Below, one piece after another: positions 19,134-28,113 of a DNA stretch of 64,000 nt; the stretch's first letter is position 1; every line of letters begins with the position of its first letter. This stretch comes from a virus. The translations under genes were made by a program, and so were the position numbers. The stretch covers positions 6,522 through 70,521 of IMG/VR virus record IMGVR_UViG_3300020579_000011; one strand, 5' to 3'. The notes under the pieces were generated by a model. That model was given only the letters and a program-made list of their open reading frames with translations. It ran no database searches and had not been told where the DNA came from.

Positions 19134-22100
19134 ATATTTATTCCGCGAACCGGCGAAAATGGATCTTGTCGCAACGGCATGACAATACGGCTCAATGCAA
19201 ATCCGGCACCCACGGCGTTGCAGGAAAACTGTACGAAAAGACGGTTCCCTGTTTCGTTCAACGGAACTTCGGTATCTCCACTAGTCGTCGCCGGCAGATT
19301 GATATTCGGCAAGAGTGCGTGTCCGTAGGGCGAAGTTATGGAATCAGGAAAGACATTTATCGCAAGACTCCCGCTTCCACCAAGGATGAGGCTCATAAAC
19401 TCGAACATCTTGCGCACTGAACCGAGTTGTAGTCCTTGCTCTTGTTCTGGCGTCGGGAAACCATGCGAAGTCCATAGCTGCCAGAAGGCTTCTCCGTCGT
19501 CTTCGAGAAGCCCAGGCGTCAACTGATAAATTTTAGCTGTGCCTTCGGAGTTCCCGAAAAATGTTTGCTGAGTCGTGTCCTGCCGCTTGATGAGTCCGGC
19601 GCATGGAGACTGAATTGACCAGATATTCCACTTCCGCGCCATATCCACGGAAAGGAGTTTGCCACCAAAAGAAGAGACATGAATTTCAGCGCGGCCACCA
19701 AGCTCAGAAGCAGTCGTAAGGAATTTGTAGTTAAGCGCGATGACTAGGTTTGGAGTCGTTGGATTGCCGTTATCGGGAATGAGTCCTACTGGTAGCCACG
19801 GATTCTGGACGTTCATTCCGTTTTGCACTGTGAATGTTTTCATCGGCACTCCAATAAGGATTCGCCGATTGGTGATATCGTTCGTCACCCAAAGCGTGTG
19901 TCCATACTTCCAGTTAATCAGATTCCAGAGTTCTTGAATTTCTTCCGTGATCTTGACCGGCTCGCCGCCATTGAAAACGAACGCTCCAGGCTGGCCTGCG
20001 ATGATGGCCCATTCTTCGCCAGAGTCTTGATCGTTTACGCCAGCTACTCCATAGACAGAAGTCGTACCTACGACGTTTGAAATAACGCGCGGAGTTGACC
20101 ACTGCGAAGGTTCAGTAGTTTTGCTGTCTTGAGTCGAAACTAGCGAGCCTGTTTTAACCACGTAGAGCGTGTCAAAAAGCGTGAATGCCGATTTGTTTGG
20201 CTGCTGATTCTGAACGTTCGTCAGTACAACGCCATTGATGCGGTCGAAGGCTTCGAAGTTGCCCTGATAGCTTCCGATGATTTGTCCAGACAAGTCCGGT
20301 TGCTCGGTCGGAAACGGTTCTATTCGGTCAGTCGTCATTGTCCAGTTCGCCGTCAGTCCGGTCACATAAAGACGAATCATGAGGTCGGTAGGAACTGGAG
20401 CAAGCGTCTTCGTCAGCATAGTTCCCGTGTAAATCGCCATCTGTGAGGTCATACTTGAAAGCTGAATATTGAAAGTGCCGAGAGCTTTTCCGAGACTTGG
20501 ACTGTAGAGGTCCACAACTAGATTTCCCAGTGCTCCGGCAGCCCCAGATGTTTGAACGGCAGATGCTGTGATGCGCACGCTATAAGTGGTCGAGGCATCG
20601 ATAATCGGTACGAGGTCTTCGTCCTGGTAGGCAGGTTGCGTAATCATGCCTTGCGGACCGGATGGAGATATGATGGTTCCCGTTCCAACGATTTGATACG
20701 CATTTCCGAAGATAGGTGACAAAACAACGCTGCCGCCAGCTCCAGCTATGGGATCGACGGTCCAGCCAGCCGGGTAGGTTTGTATCGAGCCTGCTCCGCC
20801 TGAGACACCGCTGCGGTTAACTTGGATTCCTCCATCGAAGCTGTAATTCAAGAGGTTTTGTATTTTGTTTTGCTCGCCAAGTGCGAAGATTCTGCCAGCA
20901 TAAGGAATCAAAGCCAAAGGAGAACCTAGTTCGGTTGTCTCGAACAGATTGTTTCCTGGAACGTCAATTTCCGTGGCTCCCGTGAGCACATCGTCAGAGA
21001 AACTTAGCGTGATGCTTGTAGAAGTGTTGTCCAGCAAATATGTGGATGTGTTGACGACGTTTTGTCCGTTACTAAGGACCGTTACGGGAGTTGGGATATT
21101 GTAGAATTGCCCTCCATTTGCGGCAGTCAAGTGAATGATCCGCGCAACGACATTCGATGGGCCGGTCAAGAGATCTGAGATAGCGAGTCCTTGCGCTCCG
21201 GCTACAACGTCGTAGGTGAGCACAGGAGAAGGCTGCGTAATGTACCCGTCATCTGTCAAGAAGGAGTAGCAAATCATGCGGATACCAGCCGCGATGATTC
21301 CAACCGTGACGATGGTCCCAACGCCAGATTTGTTTCCAACGATTGCAAACGGGTCGAATTGGAAGATGGTGCCGAAAATTAGCGCTCCAGCATTTTCCGC
21401 CGCGCTCGGGATATTTTTCGTGCTTTGCAGGGCGATGGAGAAAGTTCCTGCGGTCACGGAAATAATAATCGCGTCCGCCACATTGAAGAGGCCGTTGCCG
21501 TTGAGTGTATCTACGACAGTCACGGCTTGGCCTGCCACTGGCGCTGTCCCGGTAATCAAGTTGAATCCATAGGTCGCTACGTTGTTGGTGAGTGCGGTGC
21601 TTACGATTTGTAGTTGCGAAGCGTTTGGCGTCTCGTCAACTGTCCACGTTCCGTCATATCCCGTTGGAGGAGCACCGCCAGTCGCCGTGATCTGGAATTG
21701 ATTGCCAACTTCAAGATTAGGAACTTGGACTGCGGTCGTCAGAGTCGCTTCGGTCGCTTGGAAAGAGCAGCCTGCGGGAGTCATTTGGTTATAAAAGGTC
21801 GTGAAATTCACCGTCATGGTGATGGCGGCATAGGATTGCTCGCCGGGAATGGGCTGTCCCACGCTCGTCACGGTATAAAACTGTGGCGCGAGTAGCCCCG
21901 CAGGATCATTGTTAACCATGAATCCGTTGATTGTTGGAAAGCCCGCGAGCACGACATTCATTCCGGGAAGCAAGTAGGTAGGTACAAGCGTTGCCGAACG
22001 AAAAAACAATGTCAGCACATTTCCAGGAGTCGCAGGGGTTCCAAAGGTTCCATGGTCAGAAGGCGAATCCGAAACCAAAAGAAAGTCATGCGGGCCAGTG

Positions 22101-23668
22101 AGTAGCGAGACTGCCGGATTCTGCGTGATAGAGGTAATCGCGCTGCCGGTCGTCGTCGTTGATGCCGTTGGCGGAGCGCCGGGACCGACTTGCGACAATC
22201 GAGGAAAGTTTACTCCGTCAAACGTGCGAGGAATGTCCGTCCCGTTGAGCAGATTGCTAAAAGCGATGAATTCGCGGTCGTCCACAGTTGCCGATTCCGC
22301 GAAACTGTTGGGCTGGATTTGTTGTGTCGCTCCGATCAAGTAAGAAACGACTATTTGAGCGGAAGTTATTTCAAATGTTCCACTGGTCTGTGGAAGTGGA
22401 GGAATATGCGGCTTGTTACTCGATATCGATCCCTGTATATAGACTCCAAACGACGGGTCATTGATGATTGCGGGCGTAAGACTTGTACCCCAAAAAGAGG
22501 AATCACCTCCAAAATCGAATTGCTGGTCGGCAGTTGCGTCAAAATCTCCGCTTTGCCCATTACCAACTTGCAGTCCCGCGCTTGAAAGCGTTACGCCGAT
22601 CTGGGGGACCATTGCCCCGGTAACACTGAAGGAAAAATGTCCGGTGAGGACTACAAATAGGTCTAGAATCACGGCATTTGCAGGGATGGAAAAACCGTAA
22701 TTACTTGCAAGTAAAAGGTCAGTGCTCCTATTCGTACCGCTATCCAGATTATTTGTAGCGTAATTGCCATCTGGAGGGCCGGTCACATTGGCCGGATTTG
22801 ACCAAGGCGAAGCGGCGGGGAATCCTCCAGCTCCGGTAGTTGTGCCCGTAATCGCATACTGTTGTGCGCTCCCTGGAGTTGCCGAACCGCTGAAAGGAAC
22901 TAAGATTCCTGGGTTGTTGGTTACATCTTCCTGCCAGATGGTACCAGTGTCGTCCAAAGCCAGAGTTATAATATCGCCATCGGTTTGCTCGAACGTCTTT
23001 ACGTAATTGAAATTCCTCCCAGAATCTCCGCTGAGAATCAATTGCACTTTCGCGCCGGACAACCGTACGGTACGCGATATGCCGGTGGAACTTGTGTACT
23101 CGACCGTGAACTGCACGCCAAAACTTGGGTCGTTAACAACAGATGGAGTGAGGATATTTCCTAGCGACTGGTTGTCGCTAGAAAAACTGAATGTTGTATC
23201 CGTCGAGCCATTTGGGAAAATGAACACATCTGGGAAAATGTTCGCAATGACAGAGCCTTGATAAACTATCGAAGCAAGAAGAATCAGCCCAGGGAATCCC
23301 GATCCGCTGACTCCGCCAGTCACGTTGATATTTATGGATTCTATCGAACTGGAAGGATTGACGGAGAAACCGTAATTTGTGGTTACGAGACTATTGCTAT
23401 TCTGCCCGTGAGCAAGCGACCTAGTTGCATAGATGCCGATAGGAGGGCCAGTGACGCTAAATGGATTGCTCCAAGGAAGTGCCCCGCCTCCGTCAAGTCC
23501 GTTGCCAGCGTAACCATTGAGCGCGAGTGTGTAGATACTCTGAAGTCCCGGACGAGGGAGTACGCCGCTAACTTGGAAGTCACAATTGAAAACGAGCGGC
23601 GAACCCCCTTCCGGAAGGCTCTCTGGTGACGCACCTGTGAATAACCCAAGAAATTTCTCAAGGGACAC
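19130..23668 (-). CDS. Tail nozzle/stabilisation protein (P22 gp10/T7 gp12-like) with inserted domains
   Basis: 1512 aa, beta-rich; C-terminal propeller-type motifs (GRIFALG, DTLYVVK, PVKITEEIQ, RKMFEFM). Confidence 0.7.
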   Translation of the reverse strand: MSLEKFLGLFTGASPESLPEGGSPLVFNCDFQVSGVLPRPGLQSIYTLALNGYAGNGLDGGGALPWSNPFSVTGPPIGIYATRSLAHGQNSNSLVTTNYGFSVNPSSSIESININVTGGVSGSGFPGLILLASIVYQGSVIANIFPDVFIFPNGSTDTTFSFSSDNQSLGNILTPSVVNDPSFGVQFTVEYTSSTGISRTVRLSGAKVQLILSGDSGRNFNYVKTFEQTDGDIITLALDDTGTIWQEDVTNNPGILVPFSGSATPGSAQQYAITGTTTGAGGFPAASPWSNPANVTGPPDGNYATNNLDSGTNRSTDLLLASNYGFSIPANAVILDLFVVLTGHFSFSVTGAMVPQIGVTLSSAGLQVGNGQSGDFDATADQQFDFGGDSSFWGTSLTPAIINDPSFGVYIQGSISSNKPHIPPLPQTSGTFEITSAQIVVSYLIGATQQIQPNSFAESATVDDREFIAFSNLLNGTDIPRTFDGVNFPRLSQVGPGAPPTASTTTTGSAITSITQNPAVSLLTGPHDFLLVSDSPSDHGTFGTPATPGNVLTLFFRSATLVPTYLLPGMNVVLAGFPTINGFMVNNDPAGLLAPQFYTVTSVGQPIPGEQSYAAITMTVNFTTFYNQMTPAGCSFQATEATLTTAVQVPNLEVGNQFQITATGGAPPTGYDGTWTVDETPNASQLQIVSTALTNNVATYGFNLITGTAPVAGQAVTVVDTLNGNGLFNVADAIIISVTAGTFSIALQSTKNIPSAAENAGALIFGTIFQFDPFAIVGNKSGVGTIVTVGIIAAGIRMICYSFLTDDGYITQPSPVLTYDVVAGAQGLAISDLLTGPSNVVARIIHLTAANGGQFYNIPTPVTVLSNGQNVVNTSTYLLDNTSTSITLSFSDDVLTGATEIDVPGNNLFETTELGSPLALIPYAGRIFALGEQNKIQNLLNYSFDGGIQVNRSGVSGGAGSIQTYPAGWTVDPIAGAGGSVVLSPIFGNAYQIVGTGTIISPSGPQGMITQPAYQDEDLVPIIDASTTYSVRITASAVQTSGAAGALGNLVVDLYSPSLGKALGTFNIQLSSMTSQMAIYTGTMLTKTLAPVPTDLMIRLYVTGLTANWTMTTDRIEPFPTEQPDLSGQIIGSYQGNFEAFDRINGVVLTNVQNQQPNKSAFTLFDTLYVVKTGSLVSTQDSKTTEPSQWSTPRVISNVVGTTSVYGVAGVNDQDSGEEWAIIAGQPGAFVFNGGEPVKITEEIQELWNLINWKYGHTLWVTNDITNRRILIGVPMKTFTVQNGMNVQNPWLPVGLIPDNGNPTTPNLVIALNYKFLTTASELGGRAEIHVSSFGGKLLSVDMARKWNIWSIQSPCAGLIKRQDTTQQTFFGNSEGTAKIYQLTPGLLEDDGEAFWQLWTSHGFPTPEQEQGLQLGSVRKMFEFMSLILGGSGSLAINVFPDSITSPYGHALLPNINLPATTSGDTEVPLNETGNRLFVQFSCNAVGAGFALSRIVMPLRQDPFSPVRGINI

Positions 23669-23716
23669 GGATTGCAGCGTCGGATTGCGAGCGTTGTTGA
23701 TATTTCATTCTCCGTT

Positions 23717-24103
23717 TTACGGGAATATCGTCGCATTCCGGCGATAGATGGCTTCAAAGAAAATCACGTCGGCCTGCACCGCAGATAATGTGCTACCCGC
23801 GAGAATCTCGACAAGCGGAGCAGCCGTAGCCAGCGATCCTGTCAGTGGAACTTGCAGGATCATCATGTTGCCAGTGGATTTGATGTACTGGTAGATGTAT
23901 CCAGAGCCGTTCTGCGAATACAGAATCACGCCAAAGGGATTGCTATTGCTTTTCGGCAAGAGTGCGGCATTGAGCACCGAAGCTAAAGGCAATCCGCCTG
24001 GCGAATAGGTTCCAGGTCCAACTGTCAATGTTCCGATGTGACGCTCGAATCGCTGATCGTTCGTTCCTTCATGTCCGCCAACTACGATTGCTGCTTGTGC
24101 CAT
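23717..24103 (-). CDS. Capsid decoration/structural protein
   Basis: AGGAG RBS; TYSPGGLPL motif. Confidence 0.55.
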   Translation of the reverse strand: MAQAAIVVGGHEGTNDQRFERHIGTLTVGPGTYSPGGLPLASVLNAALLPKSNSNPFGVILYSQNGSGYIYQYIKSTGNMMILQVPLTGSLATAAPLVEILAGSTLSAVQADVIFFEAIYRRNATIFP

Positions 24104-24175
24104 GTTGTGTCTCCTTTTTCAGCGTACCCGAGGCGCTCCCTAAGTGTTGTTTTCAACTCTGCTAGGGCAGATGTC

Positions 24176-25183
24176 CTACATGCTCTGCATCGGACCGACT
24201 GAGAGCAAACTTGTCCCATCCCAAATAAATTGCTGCACATTGCGGATGTTTGGTGTCGGGTCGATTGTGCCTTGTCCCACCATATTCGTGGGCCAAGTCA
24301 TCACACGGGCTCCCGTAGCGTCCTGTTTAATCACGAACGTATAGAGCTGTCCGACAACTCCACCGGAGAACGTTGAGGAACTGACATTCCCAGAAAGCGT
24401 CATAACGAAAGAATTGTTCACCGCGCCATTGAATGCGGGGGTAGCGGAAAATGAGGGCGTCGCAGCGGCAGGTAAATCGGCCGGCTGCATCAATCTAGCC
24501 GTCACAGCTCCAAGGCCACCACTGGCAGGGCCAGCGACAATTAAATTTGGAAGTTGCGGCGCGAAATCAAACGCTAGGGCGAGCACACCAGTTGCCGTGA
24601 CAGGACCGCCAGTAAATAAGCCAGTGAAGAGAGCTCCAGGCGTCACCGAAGCGTTGATACTTGTTACTGTGCCGATGCCACCGCCAATGTCTGCCGCTGT
24701 CAGTTGCCGCCGTGTAGGAGCGCCAGGACCGCCAGATGCGGGACCGACGATAACTGTGCTGTTCGGCCAATCGGTCGAGTAGGCAAGCGCGAGGACGCCA
24801 GAAATCGTGACAGGCGAGCCAGTGACCGCATATCCAGTAGGTACACTAAGTCCAACACTATTTGTCGATCCGCCACCCGGCGTGACGATTTGCTGGTCGG
24901 GGAAAATTTGTGGATTGGGTGCGATGCGATTGTAAGTGTCCGAATAAACTAGTGAGTACACGCCAACTGGAGCGTAAAAGTGAAAATTCCCGTTGCCATC
25001 GGCTTGAATAGGATTCGGAAGAATGGTTGCGCCAGTGGAATCTGTGTAGAGCGTAGCCAGCGGAGCAGGAGGGATAGTAATCGGATTTGTCGGCGACGTG
25101 AGTGGCTGGTTGCACACGTAGACGTTGCAGCCAGGAACCGCTTCTCCGATTGCATTGATGATGATGCCGTCAAATCGGTTCAT
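24176..25183 (-). CDS. Virion fibre-like protein
   Basis: LATLYTD...NPIQADGNGNFHFYA head-binding-like N-terminus; GTVTS repeats; IKQDATGARVMTWP C-terminal fibre motif. Confidence 0.7.
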   Translation of the reverse strand: MNRFDGIIINAIGEAVPGCNVYVCNQPLTSPTNPITIPPAPLATLYTDSTGATILPNPIQADGNGNFHFYAPVGVYSLVYSDTYNRIAPNPQIFPDQQIVTPGGGSTNSVGLSVPTGYAVTGSPVTISGVLALAYSTDWPNSTVIVGPASGGPGAPTRRQLTAADIGGGIGTVTSINASVTPGALFTGLFTGGPVTATGVLALAFDFAPQLPNLIVAGPASGGLGAVTARLMQPADLPAAATPSFSATPAFNGAVNNSFVMTLSGNVSSSTFSGGVVGQLYTFVIKQDATGARVMTWPTNMVGQGTIDPTPNIRNVQQFIWDGTSLLSVGPMQSM

Positions 25184-25184
25184 C

Positions 25185-25994
25185 TTATCCCTGAAAAGCC
25201 GTCGAACCTACGTTTCCGGAACTGCCACGCGAATCTCCGCCGTATGCTTGCCTGCGATATTGGACGCTCTGCGAGCGTCGCACAAATTCATTCGCCATAT
25301 CGAAAATCGCGTCGTCTCGCTGCTGAATCAGTCCTTCGACAGCCGCAGCGCCGCGGGCATTCGCGTACATCGCGGCCATGTGGTAAGCAAGAGCGTCGGC
25401 GCTGTCAATGATGTTGATAGCCGTTGTGGGAAAATCCGTAGGAGGAACATCCAGAGGCATCAACGTCGATTTGTAGCGGAGCCGCAGATTTTTGGCCTGC
25501 GTGCTGCCGGGCATGTAAATGCCGTAGTCGCGCCATTCCCACACACCCATGTATGGTCCTTGATTCGTCGATGCTATTCCGCCTTGTGGCTGGCTCATGG
25601 GCTCGAATTCAAGGCCGGAACCAACAATCTGTTCAGAGACCTCGTAAGGCTGCATCATGTCGTTTGGAAGTGTCGGCGTCGGATGCATGTTCGAGCCATC
25701 GAAATATCCGTTGTAGCCGATGTAGACCTGAACATTCGGGCTCACTGCCAAAACCGGAGTCACGTTGTACATGATGTAGTTGTCTTTGGTGGGAAACGTG
25801 ACACCTTCGTTGCGCAGTTTGCGCATTAGTGTGGTAAGCGCCGAATTCAGGTAGGGGATTACAAAAGGCGCGGAGTCCGTGAAGATGCGGCCTTGCGTTC
25901 CATTCAGCCCAGGGTAGGTGTCATTGATTATGGACCTGACGAGCGTCGTAACTGTAGAAATATTTGGAAACAACGACTGCGAAAAGTCGGGCAA
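25185..25994 (-). CDS. Head-tail adaptor protein
   Basis: Position; LVRSIIND...YLNSAL...LRLRY...ALAYHMAA pattern of gp11/gp4-type adaptors. Confidence 0.65.
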   Translation of the reverse strand: MPDFSQSLFPNISTVTTLVRSIINDTYPGLNGTQGRIFTDSAPFVIPYLNSALTTLMRKLRNEGVTFPTKDNYIMYNVTPVLAVSPNVQVYIGYNGYFDGSNMHPTPTLPNDMMQPYEVSEQIVGSGLEFEPMSQPQGGIASTNQGPYMGVWEWRDYGIYMPGSTQAKNLRLRYKSTLMPLDVPPTDFPTTAINIIDSADALAYHMAAMYANARGAAAVEGLIQQRDDAIFDMANEFVRRSQSVQYRRQAYGGDSRGSSGNVGSTAFQG

Positions 25995-26086
25995 TGGTTG
26001 CCTCCTCTCAAAACATCACCAAGGCCGGATGCGCCACTCGATTCGGGTAGATCGTAGTGATACGAACCCGGCCTCAGTGAAGATCG

Positions 26087-26950
26087 TTAAGCCGCAGACC
26101 TCTTGCCGCGCTTCTTCGTGCCCGCTTCCACGGTTTCATCTTCTTCTTCGGGAATGTGAGCAGCGGCAGCTTTCTGCGGGAAAAGTTTGTCGTACTTCAC
26201 GCGGTCAACAATGCAGACGTCATTGGCAAAATTCTTGTGATACGCGATGCCCTCGCGGATGTGGTCTCCGCAATTCGGGCAGGTGACCATGCGCGTGGTG
26301 GACTGATGCCAGACAGATTGCAGACCGAGGTAATCCATCGCAAAGTGTTCGCGCGGGGTAATCATGTGCCGTTCGTTCTTCGCAGCCTTTTCTTCCGCAG
26401 AAGCGATTAGCACTTTGAACGTGTTTTCGACACGCCTCTTGAATTTCTCGATCTCAGCATCAAGTGCGGGATCGTCTGGTGCCGTGAGCGACCACCACAC
26501 ACCGAATGCGTTCATGTTATTGCCATACTGGTCTTGCGCGATGCCGGGAGTTCCGGGCGGAATCTCGCGGAGTTGTGTCTCCCATGGGCTTGACGGATGC
26601 ACGGAAGGATTGAGCAGGCTGTTCGCGTGTTTTCTTCCGTCCTCCTGAATGTAATAGGTTTCGTCCGTTCCTGGCCGCGTGAAACGGTTCTTAACGAGCG
26701 CACGGATCGTTGTCCATCCGACTTTCTCGCCAGGCTTGCACTCCGGAACCTTGAAGTTAGGAAAGTTTGGCGGCTGGCAAATCGGAGCGTGTTGAAGTCC
26801 TGATACGCAGTTGTAAATGTAGATTACTCCCACGTTCGGGTCTTCATCCGACGTACTGAGCATTGCTTGGCCGTTTTCCTCTGCATTCTTAATGGCCGTC
26901 ATCTTGCGTGCGATTGGTGAGTTTGGTGCTAGTCCTCTCGTTGCTTCCAT
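26087..26950 (-). CDS. Hypothetical protein with C-terminal CxxC finger
   Basis: GGAGG RBS; CPNCG...H...C. Confidence 0.65.
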   Translation of the reverse strand: MEATRGLAPNSPIARKMTAIKNAEENGQAMLSTSDEDPNVGVIYIYNCVSGLQHAPICQPPNFPNFKVPECKPGEKVGWTTIRALVKNRFTRPGTDETYYIQEDGRKHANSLLNPSVHPSSPWETQLREIPPGTPGIAQDQYGNNMNAFGVWWSLTAPDDPALDAEIEKFKRRVENTFKVLIASAEEKAAKNERHMITPREHFAMDYLGLQSVWHQSTTRMVTCPNCGDHIREGIAYHKNFANDVCIVDRVKYDKLFPQKAAAAHIPEEEDETVEAGTKKRGKRSAA

Positions 26951-26979
26951 TCAATCCTCCCCGATACCCGATTTAACTC

Positions 26980-27693
26980 CTAGTTGATAAGCCGTGGCCT
27001 TGATGCTACTTGAAATCCTTGTTGGAAATTCGGTCTGCGCCCTCGTACTGTCAGACGATTCCAGACTTTTTGAATCTGTTCCATTTTCTTGTCTAGCAGA
27101 GAAGTACGGCAACCCTGCAAACTGAACGAAACTGGATTGATAAATGCGGGCATCGCCTCTGCCATTTTTTCCGCGACCTCTTCGGCTTCACGGCTCTTCT
27201 GTTCATTCTGCTCGAACTGTCTGGCTGCTTCCTGCTCGCTTGTCGAGAGCCGCTGAAAGGCTTGCATCATGGGAATAATGCGGTCGATCAAGAAGTGATT
27301 GAGTTCCAGATGTTCTACAACCATCTTCCCGTTCACGAGTTCACGGCTCATAAACGGCTGAACGGGTTCGTAGCGTCCTTTGTAGGGATATTCTCCCGTC
27401 GTATAGGTCCGGGAAACTTGATCCCAGGTATTGCGGTAGTAGCTTGTCGGCGAGCCGTAGAACGATGCAGGTTTCCAGCGCATCAGCGTCCAGCATTGCA
27501 TCTCGTGATTCTGGCAGCGGTCTCGGTATTCCCGGCGTTCATTGCCGTACTTGTCGCGCCAGATATTCCCCATCCGAATGAAGGATGTGCGACCCCAAGC
27601 GAACTTGAAGATGTTCTCGCCGTATGGATTCACTCCGAAGACACGGAGCCTATCTTGAAATTCCCTTGGGCAGATGCGGGCTTCTTTGGTCAT
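26980..27693 (-). CDS. Hypothetical phage protein
   Basis: ATGA overlap with groES stop; long ORF. Confidence 0.6.
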   Translation of the reverse strand: MTKEARICPREFQDRLRVFGVNPYGENIFKFAWGRTSFIRMGNIWRDKYGNERREYRDRCQNHEMQCWTLMRWKPASFYGSPTSYYRNTWDQVSRTYTTGEYPYKGRYEPVQPFMSRELVNGKMVVEHLELNHFLIDRIIPMMQAFQRLSTSEQEAARQFEQNEQKSREAEEVAEKMAEAMPAFINPVSFSLQGCRTSLLDKKMEQIQKVWNRLTVRGRRPNFQQGFQVASRPRLIN

Positions 27694-28043
27694 TCGATGA
27701 CTTCGGCGCGAGCGTAACATTCCTCGTCGCGCACCATGAGTAAATCCTTTTCTCCGGTCAACTCTTCGAGGTCTTCAAAGGTCATCGAGAAAGCCGTGAT
27801 GATAACAAGGTCTCCGGGTTTCAAGTCACTCGCAACAAACTTTCCATTGCGAACTACCTCGGCGGCTTCGACAACTTCAGCTTGGTAACTCTTTGCTTGC
27901 GAGCGGTCCACGATGAGTCCGGCATCAGTCTTAATTTCCTCAAGGCTGAGTTTTCTGACAATCACCCAGCCGTGCCGAGGATGAACCGCATACTTCACTT
28001 TTGCCGCTACTGTCTCACCCATTTCAACATCTATTCCTTTCAT
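27690..28043 (-). CDS. groES: Co-chaperonin GroES/Cpn10
   Basis: HPRHGWVIVRK..EIKTDAGLIV..AEVVEAA..LKPGDLVI..LLMVRDEE matches the Cpn10 pattern. Confidence 0.85.
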   Translation of the reverse strand: MKGIDVEMGETVAAKVKYAVHPRHGWVIVRKLSLEEIKTDAGLIVDRSQAKSYQAEVVEAAEVVRNGKFVASDLKPGDLVIITAFSMTFEDLEELTGEKDLLMVRDEECYARAEVIE

Positions 28044-28113
28044 ACTTTCTCCCCGAATACCCGATTTTTGAAGGGGCGATCTTGCGACCGCCCCAATGTC
28101 ACAGCGCCACCGA

